DNA of 64,000 nt from Octopus vulgaris (Eukaryota), in assembly GCA_951406725.2 (NCBI GenBank), contig OX597819.1, positions 74,462,001-74,526,000 on the forward strand, read 5' to 3'. How positions within the stretch are numbered: position 1 is the first letter of the stretch; the number at the start of each line of letters is the position of its first letter. The notes below the pieces were generated by a model. It did no database searches. It was not told where the DNA came from and saw only the letters and a list, made by a program, of their open reading frames with translations. The position numbers and the translations under genes were made by a program. Shown here piece by piece: positions 42,141-54,344 of this stretch.

Positions 42141-45035
42141 TAACCTTTTAATCTGCAACACTAACGTCAGGAAGCCAGACAGCCACCTTATAACCTATCA
42201 ATCAGGGGACTCTGCTAGCCAGACTGATTTCATCCTCACCAGATAGCGGGACGCAGGGTTGCTCTTAAATACAAAGACCCTCCCAGGTGAAGAATGTACT
42301 CCTCGGCATAGGCTAGTCATTTAGCGACTTTAGACTTGAGGCCAGAAGGATACCAAGAAGCAGACCAATCCAAAAAAGAAGGATTTGGAAGCTAAAGATC
42401 CCTTCACATGGTCAAAGATTTAGGGACACCCTCATCAAGAAATTTCAGGAGAGGGAGGAGGAGCTACAGACATCAGACATAGAAGGTAGCTGGAAATTTC
42501 TACAGGACAGCTTCCTAATAACCTATCAATCAGATAACTCTGCTAGCCAGATTGATTTCATCCTCACCAGACAGCAGGACGTAGGGTTGCTCATAAATAC
42601 AAAGACCCTTCCGGCTGAAGAATGTACCCCCCAAAATAGGCTAGTCATTAGTGAGTTTTGGCTCGAGGCCAGAAGGATACCAAGAAGAAGACCAATCCAA
42701 AAAAGAAGGATTTCAAAACTAAAGAACTGTTCACATGGTCAGAGATTTAGGGACATCCTATTCAAGAAATTTGATGAGAGGGAGGAGGAACTACAGACAT
42801 CGGACATAGAAGGTAGCTGGAAATTCCTACAGGACAGCTTGCTGAGTGCCACAGACCAAGTCTGCGTATGGTGCAAAGTCCCTTCCAGACCTAGAGTTAT
42901 GTGGTGGTGGAATAGTACGGTAGACAAAGCCATTAGAGCAAAGAAACAGGACTGGAAAGCCTGGAAGGGTGGGGGTAGCAGCGAACTGTACCAGATAGCC
43001 AAAAGAGAGGATGGGCGACAGGTATACATAGCCAAGGTCAAAGCAAAAGAGAAGTTTGCCAATGTCCAGCGACATGAGGACCAAAGAACAGGTATTTCGG
43101 ATTGCTAGACAGTGAGAGAAAATTGTGATGTCACAGGAGAGAAATGTGTCTGCATGGTTAATGGTGCACTTGCTTTTAATGACTTGGAAAAGAAAGAGGC
43201 TTGGAGAAGCCATTATGAAAGACTGCTGAACGTGGAGAATGAATGGGAGGAAGAGAGCCTGCCAAATGTTGACCCAATAGAGGGACAGCTATCTGAATAG
43301 ACAGCTCCCTCGCAGATAAAGCAATTAAGGGTATGAAGCCAGGAAAAGCCCCCAGCCGATCAGGAATCACTGCTGAGATGCTTAAAATATCTGATGGTGT
43401 GGACTATGGACTAGTCACCCGCATTGTAAACCAGGTAGTTCATGACTGGTGTTGCAGCAACATTGTCAACTGCTACAAGGATAAAGGTGATGCTCTAGAT
43501 AGAAATAACTACAAGGGTATCAAACTGCTGGATCAGGTAATGAAGGTCGCGNNNNNNNNNNNNNNNNNNNNNNNNNNNNNNNNNNNNNNNNNNNNNNNNN
43601 NNNNNNNNNNNNNNNNNNNNNNNNNNNNNNNNNNNNNNNNNNNNNNNNNNNAATGAAGGTCGCGGAGAGGGTCATAGCCCATCTCATCAGGGAGAGAATC
43701 TACTTAGATGAGATGCAGTTCAGTTTTGTGCCAGATAGAAGCACCACTGGTGCTATATTCCTGGTTCAACAACTGCAGGAGAAATATTTAGTCAAAGATA
43801 AACCTCTGTACCTGGCTTTCATTGACATGGAGAAAGCCTTCGACAGGATCCCCCAATCCCTTATTTGGTGGTCAATGAGGAAACTAGGGATAGATGAATG
43901 GTTAGTGAAAGCTGTGCAAGCTATGTACAGGGACACTGTCAGTAAGGTGAGGGTTGGCAACAAGTACAGTGAAGAATTCCAGGTAGAGGTAGGGGTCTGC
44001 CAAGGTTCAGTCCTCAGCCCCCGCCTGCTTATCATAGTCCTCCAGGCAATAACAGAGGAATTCAAGACAGGATGTCCCTGGGAGCTCCTCTCTGCTGATG
44101 ACCTTGCTCTAATTGCTAAGTCACTATCAGAACTAGAAGAGAAATTTCAAGTGTGGAAACAAGGATTAGAATCGAAGGGCCTTAGAGTCAACCTAGTTAA
44201 AACCAAAGTCCTAATAAGTAGGAAGGCAGGCAAACCACAAATCCCTTCAGGTAGATGGCCCTGCTCAATCTTCTGAAAAGGCGTAGGTAGAAACTCTATA
44301 AGATGTACCCAGTGTAAGATATGGACACATAAGAGGTGCAGCAATGTCAAGGAAGGTTAACTGGGAAGATAGTTTTTGTATGTGGAGCAATAAACACTGA
44401 AAATGTGCAGAGAACAACTTCCACCACATTCCAGGGAGAAAAACTAGAAGTAGTTGATAGCTTCCGTTACCTAGGTGCACCAAGTCGGTAGCGGGGAAGG
44501 GTGCGCTGAGTGTGGTTGCTAGAATAAGAATAGCCTGGGCAAAGTTCAGAGAGCTCTTACCTCTGCTGGTGACAAAGGCCTCTCATTTAGAGTAAAAGGT
44601 AGACTATGACGCATGTGTACAAACAGCCATGCTACATGGCAGTGAAACCTGGGCCGTGACTGCTGAGGACATGTGTAAGCTCGCAAGGAATAAAGCCAGT
44701 ATACTCCAATGGATGTGTAATGTCAGTGTGCATACTCGACAGAGTGTTAGTACCTTAAGAGAAAGGTTGGACTTAAGAAGCATCAGATGTGGTGTGCAAG
44801 AGAGTCGACTGTGCTGGTATGGCCATGTGGCGAGAATGGATGTGGATAGCTGTCTGTGTGAAAAAATGCCACACCCTAGCAGTTGAGGGAACCTGTGGAA
44901 GAGGTAGACACAGGAAGACCTGGGATGAGTGTGGTGAAGCAAGACCTTCAAACATTGTACCTCACCAAGACAATGACTAGTGACCGGGACCTTTGGAAAT
45001 ATGCTTTTCTTGCGAAGACTCAGCAAGCTCAAGTG
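42140..45035 (+). mobile_element. RTE-clade LINE (endonuclease end + RT), decayed
   Basis: SQIDFIL, WWWN, GKAP, NYKGIKLL, AFIDMEKAFDRIP, QGSVLSP, SADDLAL, HGSETW; ~325-bp tandem duplication at 42190-42840. Confidence 0.92.
43552..43651. other. Assembly gap (100 N)
   Basis: Both flanks carry AATGAAGGTCGCG and the RTE reading continues, so the true gap is probably about zero. Confidence 0.95.
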
Positions 45036-45043
45036 AGAGCATA

Positions 45044-45078
<35 letters not shown>

Positions 45079-46488
45079 CATGGGCTACCAAACTACGGCC
45101 TGCGGGCCGCATCTGGCCCGCCAACGTATACTGACAAAAATAAACCTGTTTTTATACTGCTTCTTACACTTCTTAGATTATGCATGTCGTATGTATAATG
45201 AGTCAGTCACGTCACGTGCCATAATAATTACTAAAGCACATCACGTGTGCCTCAGGTTATTCAGTTATTAATGATTACAATTATAACGAGAATATCTGAC
45301 GCTGAGGCCTAAGACTACTTTTGTTTTTTCTTCACCCATCGTAATGCCTACTACGAAGAGAAAGGTTGATGATGAATGTTGTATTTTCAATAAAGAATGG
45401 GGAGAAAAGTACTTCTTTGGGGAAACAAACGACTAGAAAGCCAGTTGCCTGATATGCAACGAAAGTGTTGCTGTTATGAAAGAGTACAATATTCGTCATC
45501 ACTACGAAGCAAAACATCGCTCAACACATTCTAAATATTCTGGAAAATTAAATTATGGTCTGAGAAATTTAAATCTATGAAATGTGAGTTTGAAATCTCA
45601 AAGGAATTTCATTACGTAAAAAAGTTTGTTGAAAACATATCTATCACTCGTGTAAGTTACAAAATAGTAAATATGTTGGCAGAGCGAGGAAAAGCATTTA
45701 CTGACAGAAACTTTATAAAAGACTGCATGATGGAAGCAGCAAATGACTTGTGTCCTGAAAAAGCTAACATGTTTGGCTGTATCATCCTTTCAGCAAGTTC
45801 AGTTGTGCGGAGAACAGAACTTGGAGAGAATATATAGTTACAGATACATGAGAAACCTAAGAAATGTTTGTGGTATTCTCTTGCGATGGGCGAATCTACT
45901 GATCTCTCTAGTATATCACAACTTTTCGTATTCATTCGTGGTGTTAATTGCAACTTTGAGATTATAGAAGAAATGGCATCCGTTTGCAGTATACATGGAA
46001 CAACAACTGGAGAAGATATTTTCATAGAGATGCAGAAAACTTTGCAAAACTATAACCTTCAGTGGAATCAGCTTTGGTGTGTTACAGACGATGGGGGAAA
46101 AACATGGCAGGAGTAAGGAAGGGTTTTGTAGCGCGGATCCAGACCAAGTTGGAGGAGCTTCAACTTCCGAAAGATCTGTTTATACACTGCATTATACATC
46201 AGCAAGAACTCTGTGGAAAACACTGATATTTCTTGTGTACTAAAATCGGTTACAACTGTGGTGAACTTTATTCGGAATCATGGGCTTAATCACCAACAGT
46301 TCCAGGCTTTCCTTGAAGAACTGGATTCTAATTTCCGTGACTTGCCTTACTACAGAGAAGTGAGATGGCTCAGTTGCGGTAAAGTCCTGTTTCGTTTTTA
46401 TAAGCTCCGAACAGAAATAGATTATTTTTTTATCAGAAAGAATAGAACTGATTCACAGCTGTCAGAGCCTTCATAGTTATCAAAGTTG
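45079..46488 (+). mobile_element. hAT (Buster/SPIN, GTF2IRD2-like) transposon, 5' part, decayed
   Basis: Terminus CATGGGCTACCAAACTACGGCCTGCGGGCC; MPTTKRKVDDEC.IFNKEW, CLICNESVAVMKEYNIRHHY...H, YSLAMGESTD, HCIIHQQEL, VRWLSCGKVLFRF. Confidence 0.9.
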
Positions 46489-46875
46489 AGGTAGCCTGTA
46501 GAAGGGTATCATAAAAGTGGTCCTTCTGATCATTTGGTAGCCCCGCATGTGGGGGCGTAGGCGGAGATAATTGTAGCTGTGCTGTTTTGTAGGACTAGCT
46601 TGAGCTTAGGCACTCTATCACATACCCTGACAACCTCTATGACCTTATCCACTTATTTCTTCGCAAGGAGTATGCCAACACCCCCTACACCATCCATGTT
46701 ACCTTTCCAGAAGGCTATACCTATGTGCCTTGCCTGTGAGGACCCTAGCTGAAGCTCCTCTCCATCTTACCTCTTGTATGCAACATACATCAACCCGTCT
46801 CCTTTCAAGCATCTGTACAATCTCACTAGACCTACCTTTCAGAGTGCCAACATTGACAGTGCCAACTCTGAAAAA
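46489..46875 (-). mobile_element. RTE LINE endonuclease N-terminal fragment
   Basis: RVGTVNVGTLKGRSSEIVQMLERRRVDVCCIQEVRWRG. Confidence 0.88.
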
Positions 46876-46921
46876 CGGTAATATGGGGTGATATATACAC
46901 ATATATATATACAAATATATA

Positions 46922-47437
46922 CCGTAAATCCTTGAGTGTAGTCCTTCCTTGAGTATAATACGTAGGGGACTTTTAGTGGGTTGTACCTCTGAAAAACCTA
47001 AACCTTGTGTATAATGCACACCCCTTTTCTAACTTGAGTCGTGTGTAATTAAGCCAGCAGCACCTAGTTGAACAAACACTTCTGTGCATGCGTAATACAA
47101 TAACAGTGATGTTCTTAACTGTTATATGGGAATGTAAATATGTTTGCAAATTGTTTTTGTTACATGTTATTCTGTGTTCTGAATACTTTTATTTTAATAA
47201 ATGTTGCTTACTGCAAGCTATGGATGATTCTTTTATGACATCATTGCTTTCAGGCTTAGCTTAAGGTATTTTCCCACCCAACATCACAAAATGCGTCTGA
47301 ATAAACATTGCCGGACAGCAAATAAAGACTCGAACATTGCTTAGAAAATATTTTTCCTTTTTAACCTCGTACAAAGTACACACTCGGGATTTTGACCTTT
47401 TGGGGGAAATATGCGGATTATACTCGAGGATTTACAG
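46922..47437. mobile_element. Pogo/Tigger-like MITE (second full copy)
   Basis: TIRs and TA flanks; aligns with 3100-3616. Confidence 0.9.
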
Positions 47438-47439
47438 TA

Positions 47440-48190
47440 TATATTGTTGTATTTAGGGATGGTCATGTTGCCAGTTTAGCCAATAAAAACACACACTATA
47501 TTTGGTTTTGCTTCAGCTTTATTTTATTTTTTATATTAATCGTATTTCAGCCAGAGTTCTTTCGTCACACTTCTGTGACCTCATCAATGGTCCTTTGCTT
47601 TCTTCTTTCTTATTTGTGTGTCTTTCCTTACTAACAATCAGCCATTTTGTATTTTGTATTCCTATTGTATGTGTCTTCATTTGCGCATGCGTATACCCCT
47701 ATGTGTGTCTATGTTTAGTAAGTGCGTCAGCGGGGGTGCCTGTATTATCTGTATCCCCTCTTTATACACATTCGTTTAATTTGTTTTTATTCATTTTGTT
47801 CATGTGTTTCTACCTAGTTATTGTTTTTTCAATTCTTTCTTTTTTGTATTTAATTTAATTTTTTTTAAATTTTGTTAATGTATATAATTATTTTTTTATC
47901 TGTGTATTGTATTATATTTTGTTCATATTGTTATCAGTTTATGGGCATCTTATTCTGTCATATGTTGTGGTGTATTGGCGGTGTGTGCTAGTGTTCCATT
48001 CCAGTTTCCTATTCAAGCTAGGTTTATCTTCTATTATGTGTGTAGCTTCTGTAATTTGTCTAATTGTTGCATCTGTTCTATGTGTGGACAAGATTTTAAC
48101 TTCCATGTTGTTAAATGAGCCTCTGTGTTCCTGCTCGCCATGCTGGTGCAGAACCGATGAACTCTCCTATGCATAGGAGAGCGGGTAAAT
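47440..48190 (-). mobile_element. Penelope-like element 3' end (GIY-YIG C-terminus + 3' region)
   Basis: Minus frame [55 protein letters not shown]; downstream hammerhead. Confidence 0.8.
47551..47590 (-). ncRNA. Minimal hammerhead motif in the PLE 3' region
   Basis: cca-TTGATGA-g-gtcac(agaagt)gtgac-GAAA-gaac-TC-tgg; C3->U change. Confidence 0.6.
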
Positions 48191-48457
48191 GAACATTGGA
48201 GGGAACTTAAGGAAGAGAAGAGCTCATCAAAGTATATATGTATACATATATATATATGCATACATATGTATATATGTGTGTATATATATATATATATATA
48301 CATACATACATACATATATAAACATATATATATGTGTGTATATACATACATACATATATATATATGTATATATACATACATACATATATATATGTATATA
48401 TACATACATACATATATATATGTATATACATACATACATACATATATATATATGTAT

Positions 48458-48490
<33 letters not shown>

Positions 48491-48543
48491 TACATATATA
48501 TAAAAAAGAGAAAAAATGTGTGTAGTGGCTATCATGGCGACTG

Positions 48544-48590
<47 letters not shown>

Positions 48591-48712
48591 TATATTAAAT
48601 TAGAGACAAAACCACTATTAGGCAAATCAAACAATGAAAGACTTAAGCCAATACATATGATTAATTTATATTATTTAAATATGTAACAATTATTAAAAAA
48701 TATAATTAATAT

Positions 48713-48775
48713 CCACTACGATCGTTTCCTGCCTGCTGTCATCTAATTTTTGAGTCGCAGTCATTCATCAGGTGG
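48713..48775 (-). ncRNA. Type I hammerhead motif
   Basis: ccac-CTGATGA-[longer imperfect stem II]-GAAA-CGATCG-TA-gtgg; palindromic ACGATCGT, GUA triplet. Confidence 0.7.
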
Positions 48776-49022
48776 TTTCAAAATTTTTCTTGGCGAGTTT
48801 TAAACAATATATATATATATGTGTGTGTATGTATATATATACACATACACGCACACATATATGACAGGCTTCTTTCAGTCTCCGTCTACCAAATCCACTT
48901 ACAAGGCTTTGGTCGACCCGAGGCTATAGTAGAAGACACTTGCCCAAGGTGCCACGCAGTGGGGCTGAACCCGGAACCATGTGGTTCGTAACCAAGCTAC
49001 TTTCCACACAGCCACCCATACG

Positions 49023-49063
<41 letters not shown>

Positions 49064-49067
<4 letters not shown>

Positions 49068-50550
49068 TTGAGGCCAGAATGTTCAGAATGGCATTGTTTT
49101 CGTCAGAAAAGTAAGTATAAGTTTTTATCAAAGTTGTTTTATATTCTATAATTTTCACAGACAATAAATACAATATTAATTGTTATTGTCTGAGATTTTG
49201 GTGTAATTTGAGAGGATAATACAAAAGTTATGGATGATTTAGTGATTTACTGCAAAACCCATGGCGGCCAAAATGATCAGAACGGTTGAAAAAATAACAA
49301 AATAATCAAAAATGACAGAGAATACTGGAATTATTTAATATTTAGTGTGAAGCCCTTTAGCTTCAATCACACTCTGACATCTTCGACTGCATGAGGAAAT
49401 TAAATTTTCAATTTCTTGCTGGGTGATCTTATTCCATTCTTCCTGAAGGGCATTCCATAATTGCTCAGTTGTTTTAGGATTTCTGGCTTTCGAGCGTTCT
49501 CCTAGAATATTCCACATATTTTCAATAGGATTGAGATCTGAGCTTTGAGCTGGTCAATCCATAACAATAACCTTTTCAGCCTTGAGGAAGTTCATGACCA
49601 CCTTAGCCTTGTGACATGGGGCATTGTCCTGCATGAATATGGGTGGTCGCTTAGTTGAATTTCTCAGCACAAGCAAGACATGATCTTTTACAAGTTGTTT
49701 ATAAACTCCTGTATTTAACTTTCCATGTAATCGCACCAAAGGGCCCACACCATCTCCAGATATCATTCCCCAAACCATGACACCTCCTCCACCGAATTTA
49801 ACACTAGTCTTAAGGCATTTAGGCAACAATTTTTCACCTACTTTTCTACGAACGTACCTTTTCCCATCTGAGCCAAATAGCATAAACTTCATCACTGAAA
49901 TGCATCACTGAAATGCATCACTGAAATGCACCGTTTGCCATTTTTCTTGAGACCACAACACATGTTCGGTTGCAAAGGTAAGACGACACTTTTTATTCTT
50001 GGAGCTGATCAGTGGCTTCACTGCAGGTGCTCTTGCTTGTAGGTCAACGACGAGACAGTTTTTCGAGATAAAGTTTTCTTCAATACAATGCTCATTTTCC
50101 AAGAAACAGCAGCAGCAGTTTTAAATTTGTCCTTTTTAACCAACTTTACCATAGCACGATCTTCTCTCTTGGTCGTTTTTCTTGGCCTACCTGTAAACTT
50201 TCTTGCTTCACACGAACCACAATCATCGTAGACCTTAAGAAAACCGTGTACAACACTTTTTGACTTGTTAACAATCTTTGCAATAGATCCAATACTTAAA
50301 TTATCCTTCCTTCGAAGCTTAATAATCTGCTGACGAATTGGTAACGAAGTAAGTGGCATTATATTAACAAAGTACAATGTTTAGTAAACGAACCGTCACG
50401 TAAACAAATTCAAAACATTAGAGTTCGCCGGTTAAATATACTAAAATACGGAGTAAAAGCAACCGTTCTGATCATTTTGGCCGCCATGGGTTTTGCATTA
50501 AATCACTAAATCATCCATAACTTTTGTATTATCCACTCAAATTACACCAA
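49064..50550 (-). mobile_element. Tc1 element with long IR/DR-type TIRs, decayed transposase
   Basis: 49199-49287 is inverted at 50461-50550; GRPRKTT HTH, WQTVHFSD, FMQDNAPCH, SSDLNPIENMW; right TIR truncated. Confidence 0.92.
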
Positions 50551-50673
50551 GTGTCTTCTACTATAGCCTTGGGTCGACCAAAGCCTTGTGAGTGGATTTG
50601 GTAGACAGAGACTGAAAGAAGCCTGTCATATATGTGTGCGTGTATGTGTATATACATATATATATATATATAT

Positions 50674-50962
50674 CACGTGATCACGTGACCGACCAGACCA
50701 TCAGATATTTTACACATCGCTGGTCACAATGCGTTCGCATTGTTTTAGCCTTCGAATGACGCCACCCCGTGGCTAAGCGAGCAGGCCAACAGAAGAAAGA
50801 GAGAGAGAAATAGTGGTGAAAGAGTACAGCAGGGATCACCACCCTCGTGGAGCTTTTAGGTGTTTTCGCTCAATAAACACTCACAACGCCCGGTCTGGGA
50901 ATCGAAACCGCGATCCTACGACCGTGAGTCCGCTAGCCTAACCACTAGGCCATTGCACCTCC
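50674..50962 (-). mobile_element. tRNA-derived SINE, family C
   Basis: Minus strand GGAGGTGCAATGGCCTAGTGGTTAGG...GGTTTCGATTCCC (A and B boxes) plus a distinct body. Confidence 0.75.
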
Positions 50963-51099
50963 ATATATATTTTACTTGTTTCAGTCATTTGACTGTGGCC
51001 ATGCTGGAGCACTGCCTTTAGTTGAACAAATCGACCCCAGGACTTATTTTTTGTAAGCCTAGTACTTAAAATATTGGTCTCTTTTGCTGTATATATATA

Positions 51100-51304
51100 T
51101 ATACAGTCGCCATGATAGATTGTTAGCCACTACACACATTTTTTTCTCTTTTTTCTCTCCTTTTTCTCCTTGTTTTTTCTGTGTCCCTTTCTGTAGAAGA
51201 GCGTAGGCTCAAAACGTAAAAGACTTTCTATTCCTGAGCGTTATACTAATACATCTGTTTCTTTTGTACAACACCTGTCTTCGTCTTTTTTTTTTGTAAA
51301 CTCT

Positions 51305-51310
<6 letters not shown>
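51100..51310 (+). mobile_element. PLE-like terminal fragment with a degenerate hammerhead (51187-51222)
   Basis: cttt-CTGTAGA-a-gagc(gtag)gctc-AAAA-CGTA-aaag; a related minus-strand fragment lies at ~30005-30100. Confidence 0.55.
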
Positions 51311-51347
<37 letters not shown>

Positions 51348-51571
51348 GTGTGTGTGTGTGTATATATATGTTTGTGTGTCTGTGTTTGACCCCACAACAT
51401 CGCTTGACAACCAATGGTGGTGTGTTTACATCCCCATAACTTAGCGGTTCAGCAAAAGAGACCAATATTTTAAGTACTAGGCTTACAAAGAATAAGTCCT
51501 GGGGTCGATTTGTTCAACTAAAGGCAGTGCTCCAGCATTGTCACAGTCAAATGACTGAAACAAGTAAAAGA

Positions 51572-51620
<49 letters not shown>

Positions 51621-51621
<1 letters not shown>

Positions 51622-53209
51622 TAGCAGAGATGCCAGTGTTATATGCAATTGAAGAATTAGACTTTTCTGTTATATTTTCTGTAATGAACTGGAATACCTA
51701 TGATGCGAATTTCATCAAAATTGCAGATGAGGGTTCTTTCCCTCTTTACTCACCTAAAAATATTGTAATCATGATACATATATCCCGTACTACTGATTTT
51801 TGTCCGCAGATTCCAAAATTCCAGTCTTATAGAAACTGTTAAAAGGATTTTGCTCCTGAAAAATGGAAGTCATGGAGCTCTAAAATGTGGGAGTTAAATG
51901 TGGGGGTGAGTGTCTTAATGTCAACCAGAGAAGTTGAATTGTTGAGAATCTTTTTAAGTTGGGTCTTATATCTGTTTTTTGAATTTCTTTGAAATAGGGA
52001 ATATATGTATGTTCACTGGGTTTGTAAAAGAGCAATGCTACAGGAAACCATAAGACAAATGATCACAATAAGCAGTCAGCTACTGTACCCTAGTCGTTAC
52101 CACTCCCAATGTAGGATTTCTCACCATACAGGTGACCGGCACAGCCGTAAGATGCATTACAGATCTATAGCAAGTGGAAGGACATGACCCAACTGAAATA
52201 AACATTAATAACTGTGTGACATGAAAGCTAAGGAGAAATGAAAGTTGGAGTTTGCAAATGACCACTATACTGATACGTAACTAGACAGAATAAATTTACA
52301 ATCTATAAATGTCTTTGAATAACCACTCACTCATCTGGGAAGGCCTTGAAATCAATGTTACCATATGGAGTCTATGTGTGACCCAGTGATAATAAAAAGA
52401 CTGAAAGGAGGTCTGCAACCAAATAACTTTACTCAACATTTTGCAACTGAATCAGTGGACGCAAAGATGCCTCTCATTTACTTGACAATTCATGCACCAC
52501 ATTGCAGAAATCACAATCTAAGTATATCTCAAAGCAAACTCTTCCACTGTTGTACCATTGAATTACAAATAATGCTCAGGTGACCCTACAGCTTCCAAGA
52601 GTACAACTGTATTCGTCTTTGCTTAGATAAAATGACTAAATTGTGGGTGTTAAGTCCCCATGAAGGGTCTTTCTAACTTGTAAGAAGATGAAATTTTATA
52701 AATATTGCTTCATTTGTGTCTAGGCCCTTATGCATAGAATGTAATTTCCAAATTTCGTAAAGATCCATCCAGTACTTTTGAACTAGTTTTGGATCACAAA
52801 AGAAATGACTAAAATTTGGGAGTTAAGACCCCCATTAGGGTGTCTTAGAAGCCTCATGAAAAGTGGAAATTTTGAAAATACTTCTTGATGTATGTCAATT
52901 ACCCATGGTTGAAATTCCATCAACATCGAAAATTTATGAATTTTCATGGGGATTCTACCCCCTTTAAGCCATCTGAAATTCAAACCAAATATATTGCATT
53001 ATACCCACCCTTATGCATTGAATCTAAGTTCCAAATATAAGGATTCATTCAGTAATTTTGGTCCATGAAATTGTATGAAACACACAGCATTACCCTTCTC
53101 CCTAAGCTTGAATTTTGTGTTCCAAATTTCATTAGGATCGGTGCAGCAGTTTTCAAATGTACAAGTAACACACGAACATACATAAAGACATTGACTTTAA
53201 TATAATAGA
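51621..53209 (-). mobile_element. Putative non-autonomous Helitron/Helentron-like element
   Basis: Minus strand starts TCTATTATATTAAAG and ends CTAG|T; internal repeated CCAAATTTC..GATC motifs; 3' hairpin not evident. Confidence 0.45.
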
Positions 53210-53404
53210 AATGAACATGCACATATACATACATGTATATATATTGATAGATACAACTGCATGGGCAAACAAAAATATGAGACACTGCCTAGTGTTTTTT
53301 TTTTTTTATTTTGATAAGCCTAGTACTTGGTCTATCAGTTTCTTCTTGTGAAACCAGTAAGTTATGGGGATGTAAATAAACGAACAGCAGTTGTGAAGCA
53401 GTGA

Positions 53405-54290
53405 TGAGGGATTCGAGTTTTATTATTCTCAGTTTCCAGCCAGAGTTCTGTATCTAGTACTGGTAGTCTATGGTTATGGTGTTTAGTAGGGTAGTCTATC
53501 GTAACCTTAATACTATGGTGGATGGAGTTAGCTATTTGCTGGATGCTCTCCATAGTATTAGTTTCTATTTCTATTTCAAGAGTACTCTCTTGTGGGAGTG
53601 CCTTTATCACTATGTTGATATCATTGACATAACGAGAGTACATGTTCACGAGTATGGAGTTCTGTGTCAGGCGTTCCTTAAGCCTTCTGTTCCACCATAC
53701 CCTGAAATGGTTGGCCACATCACCAGCGATACTAACGCCGATAGCTGCCCCCTCGTCCTGGGCGTATATTTTGTTGTTAAACTTAAACGTGTGGCCTTTT
53801 AGGCTAACTCTTATACTAGCTCCTAGTGCATGTGTTATCATTTTCTTTACCTGATAAACATTTGCAGGGCTTCCGTATGGCTCTGGTCCATCTGCTCCAT
53901 CTCTCTATATGGGTCTTCCTAGCCATAGAAGTAATTGTGGGTAGTCTACCTCTTAAACGTCTAGTAGGACAGAAACTACTAAGGTCGTATTTATCTAGAT
54001 ATTCATTGTCATATGTCAGTCTAAGTAGGAGGCCCAGTTCCTCTGTGTTGACATTGTGGAACTCCACCTTGCTCTCGTTGATCATCTCCACGCACTTCTC
54101 CACCGCAAAATCCACGTCGATCGATGGGTATAGGGATACCACATCCATGCTACCCACTATACATCCTGTCAGGTCGCAGGTGTTGTTTCAGTCATTAATC
54201 CTGCTGAGGAGATCTTCTGTGCTGTCACAAACATCAGATAACATCCGGATTATGGGGCGTATGATCATTAAGAGGAAGTAGGAGATCCTG
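53405..54290 (-). mobile_element. Penelope-like reverse transcriptase fragment
   Basis: GSMDVVSLYPSI, FKFNNKIYAQDEGAAIG, YSRYVNDI and LPVLD motifs; frameshifted. Confidence 0.88.
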
Positions 54291-54344
54291 TAGTCACTAG
54301 TGATATATATATTTATATATATATATATATATGGAAGTAATTAA

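Noticed and set aside
43539-43664. Short direct repeat suggesting a TSD around the N run
   Set aside because: Contig overlap at a scaffold gap.
45344-46476. Domesticated GTF2IRD2/EPM2AIP1-like host gene
   Set aside because: Frameshifts, stops, a transposon terminus and truncation indicate a dead hAT copy.
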